Origin: Sulfurimonadaceae bacterium
GTDB lineage: Bacteria; Campylobacterota; Campylobacteria; Campylobacterales; Sulfurimonadaceae
Length of the DNA stretch: 64,000 nucleotides
Direction of reading: 5' to 3'
NCBI GenBank assembly: GCA_050305515.1
Contig: JBNLFL010000016.1
Coordinates: 17,496 to 81,495 of the forward strand
Shown here: piece after piece, positions 62,964 to 64,000 of the stretch
Layout of the letters: every line of letters begins with the position of its first letter
Numbering within the stretch: position 1 is the stretch's first letter
Notes under the pieces: model-generated
The model's input: the letters and a program-made list of their open reading frames with translations, nothing else
Told to the model about the DNA's origin: nothing
Databases searched by the model: none
Made by a program: the position numbers and the translations under genes

Positions 62964-63049
62964 GATAATTTCCTTACATGTAACAATAATAAAATTCAAA
63001 TGCCGCTAAGGGGCAAAACTAAAAAAAAGGGTAAAAAAGGGAAGAAAAA

Positions 63050-63130
63050 TTAGAGTAGGGGTAGTAGTAGGAGAGCAGCGCTTACAGTATGGCTTTGTCG
63101 CGGTATGGCTGTGTCATGATGACGTTTCAT
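63050..63130 (-). CDS. Candidate Leu-rich leader peptide (26 aa) upstream of the leuA-like gene
   Basis: AAAGGAGAGACC precedes the ATG. My translation is MKRHHDTAIPRQSHTVSAALLLLPLL. Six of the last seven codons are Leu (CTC CTA CTA CTA CCC CTA CTC), four of them CTA. No clear terminator hairpin was found. Confidence 0.4.
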   Translation of the reverse strand: MKRHHDTAIPRQSHTVSAALLLLPLL

Positions 63131-63242
63131 GGTCTCTCCTTTGGTTTTTAAATAAGAAATTGTAACAGAGAATGGATCTTTATTCAAGGTTGTCAGATCT
63201 GTGTGAACCTGTCCCTGCCATATATGGTTTTTAAATACAGAG

Positions 63243-63272
63243 TTGACAATAGTGTGGCAGGCATGATAGAAT
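63243..63272 (+). promoter_or_regulatory. Sigma70-like promoter for the TetR gene (TTGACA-N18-TAGAAT with TG extension)
   Basis: TTGACA at 63243-63248 and TAGAAT at 63267-63272, with TGA immediately upstream of the -10 hexamer. Confidence 0.45.
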
Positions 63273-63282
63273 TTTGAAAAAA

Positions 63283-63302
63283 TTAACCAACCGGTTGGTT
63301 AA
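63283..63302. promoter_or_regulatory. 20-bp perfect palindrome, candidate TetR auto-operator
   Basis: TTAACCAACCGGTTGGTTAA equals its own reverse complement. It lies between the predicted promoter and the TetR start at 63312. Confidence 0.5.
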
Positions 63303-63311
63303 TAAGGTTAT

Positions 63312-63932
63312 ATGAAAATGAAAGAAGATACAAAAGAAATTATTTTACAGACTGCATTGGAATTGTTTGCAAAAAAGGGTTTTGACGCCTGTAGCATGAA
63401 TGATGTCGCCGCTGCGGCAAAAGTCAATAAGGCAACGATTTACTACTATTTCAGCAGTAAAGAAAAAATTTATCATGCCGTTTTAGCCCATATCCTTGAG
63501 AACTTTTACGCCAGATTGCTCAAAGCTGTTTCAAAAGAAGAGACAGCTCAGAAAAAACTAATGGCATACATTTATGCATTTGGAGAAAACTTTAAAGATA
63601 CGCAGAAAATAGCGCCTTTAATGCTGCGGGAACTCGCCTCAAGTGGGGAAAACCTTTCTGATGATGTTAGAAAAATTTTGTTTAATAACATCACGTTGCT
63701 GAGTGACATTATAGAGTCGGGATATCATAGTGGGGTATTCAGGCGTCAGGAGATTTTCCCTCTCTATCTTATGATCGTTGGAACCATGAATATGTATACG
63801 GCAACAAATAAATTTCGTAAAAAAGTACCTGCGGAGACTACATTGTCCGGCTTTAATCTGGATTCAAAAGCGTTAGCAGACTATATACTGGCAATCGTTC
63901 GACAAGGAATAGACAGTGAAAAAAATAGTTAA
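63312..63932 (+). CDS. TetR/AcrR-family transcriptional regulator
   Basis: N-terminal HTH (ILQTALELFAKKGFDACSMNDVAAAAKVNKATIYYYFSSKEKIY). Confidence 0.85.
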   Translation: MKMKEDTKEIILQTALELFAKKGFDACSMNDVAAAAKVNKATIYYYFSSKEKIYHAVLAHILENFYARLLKAVSKEETAQKKLMAYIYAFGENFKDTQKIAPLMLRELASSGENLSDDVRKILFNNITLLSDIIESGYHSGVFRRQEIFPLYLMIVGTMNMYTATNKFRKKVPAETTLSGFNLDSKALADYILAIVRQGIDSEKNS

Positions 63933-64000
63933 TGGTGCACAGGTTATTACGCAAAGTCTTGAAGATCTTGGCATTACACATGTATTTGGATATTCCGGTG
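63916..64000 (+). CDS. Partial CDS: thiamine-pyrophosphate enzyme N-terminus (acetolactate-synthase-like)
   Basis: GTG start with AAGGA upstream. My translation is (M)KKIVNGAQVITQSLEDLGITHVFGYSG, the classic TPP-enzyme N-terminal pattern. It overlaps the TetR stop and runs off the window. Confidence 0.55.
   Translation, partial: MKKIVNGAQVITQSLEDLGITHVFGYSG

Noticed and set aside
55269-63000. A complete integron (intI + attI + cassettes)
   Set aside because: No tyrosine-recombinase-like ORF exists in the island or its flanks. Upstream of the array lie TauE and the leuA-like gene. Only an integrase-less cluster of attC-like sites can be proposed.
62985-63050. A classical rho-independent attenuator terminator after the Leu leader ORF
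   Set aside because: The segment contains almost no G, so no stable G+C hairpin precedes the U-rich tracts. Only a 3-4 bp GCC/GGC stem is present. I report the leader as a candidate with an unresolved mechanism.
61044-63053. Two 315- and 319-aa plus-strand ORFs opposite the leuA-like gene, the second ending KTKKKGKKGKKN
   Set aside because: Both are antisense to a gene with strong LeuA and methyltransferase motifs. The Lys-rich tail is simply the complement of the polypyrimidine tract upstream of that gene.
1-64000. rRNA, tRNA, tmRNA, IS elements, prophage genes
   Set aside because: I read all intergenic gaps longer than 60 nt for tRNA-like T-arm/acceptor patterns and the ORF list for transposase, integrase or phage structural signatures. 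I saw none. Small ncRNAs cannot be excluded without a covariance-model search.

Overview
This is a 64-kb chromosomal segment with about 60 protein-coding genes. I found no rRNA, tRNA, CRISPR array, transposase or phage genes. The gene content and protein style suggest a Campylobacterota-type genome; that is an inference I have not checked. Most of the window is housekeeping and signalling genes: dnaE, apeB-like M18 aminopeptidase, pdxH, glyA, ybaK, yggS, ubiB/ubiD-family quinone genes, ybgA-phr, PhoD, a glutathione peroxidase, several histidine kinases, a LytS/LytTR pair, an MCP with a CZB domain, and three GGDEF/EAL proteins. Five things stand out. (1) The 10-bp palindrome TTACATGTAA occurs 24 times exactly, mostly at gene boundaries; about 0.06 copies would be expected by chance. 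(2) A minus-strand operon (about 23.5-33.2 kb) encodes an outer-membrane beta-barrel candidate, a CsgG-family lipoprotein and two ~1200-aa secreted proteins. A 32-bp perfect palindrome sits between the CsgG gene and the first giant gene. This may be an uncharacterised envelope export or surface system. (3) An AT-rich island (about 55.3-60.1 kb) carries small cassette-like ORFs, each followed by an attC-like structured repeat with compensatory stem changes. No integrase is present. The island also holds a HEPN-motif gene pair and a 21-bp inverted-repeat element. (4) A 2-isopropylmalate-synthase-like gene is fused to a SAM-methyltransferase domain and preceded by a Leu-rich (LLLLPLL) candidate leader peptide. 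(5) There are several unusual fusions and repeats: Ada/Ogt/GNAT, a 183-bp tandem Cys-rich module, and a protein with two OmpA domains. All functional calls come from reading the translated ORFs and motifs by eye; no database search was run.
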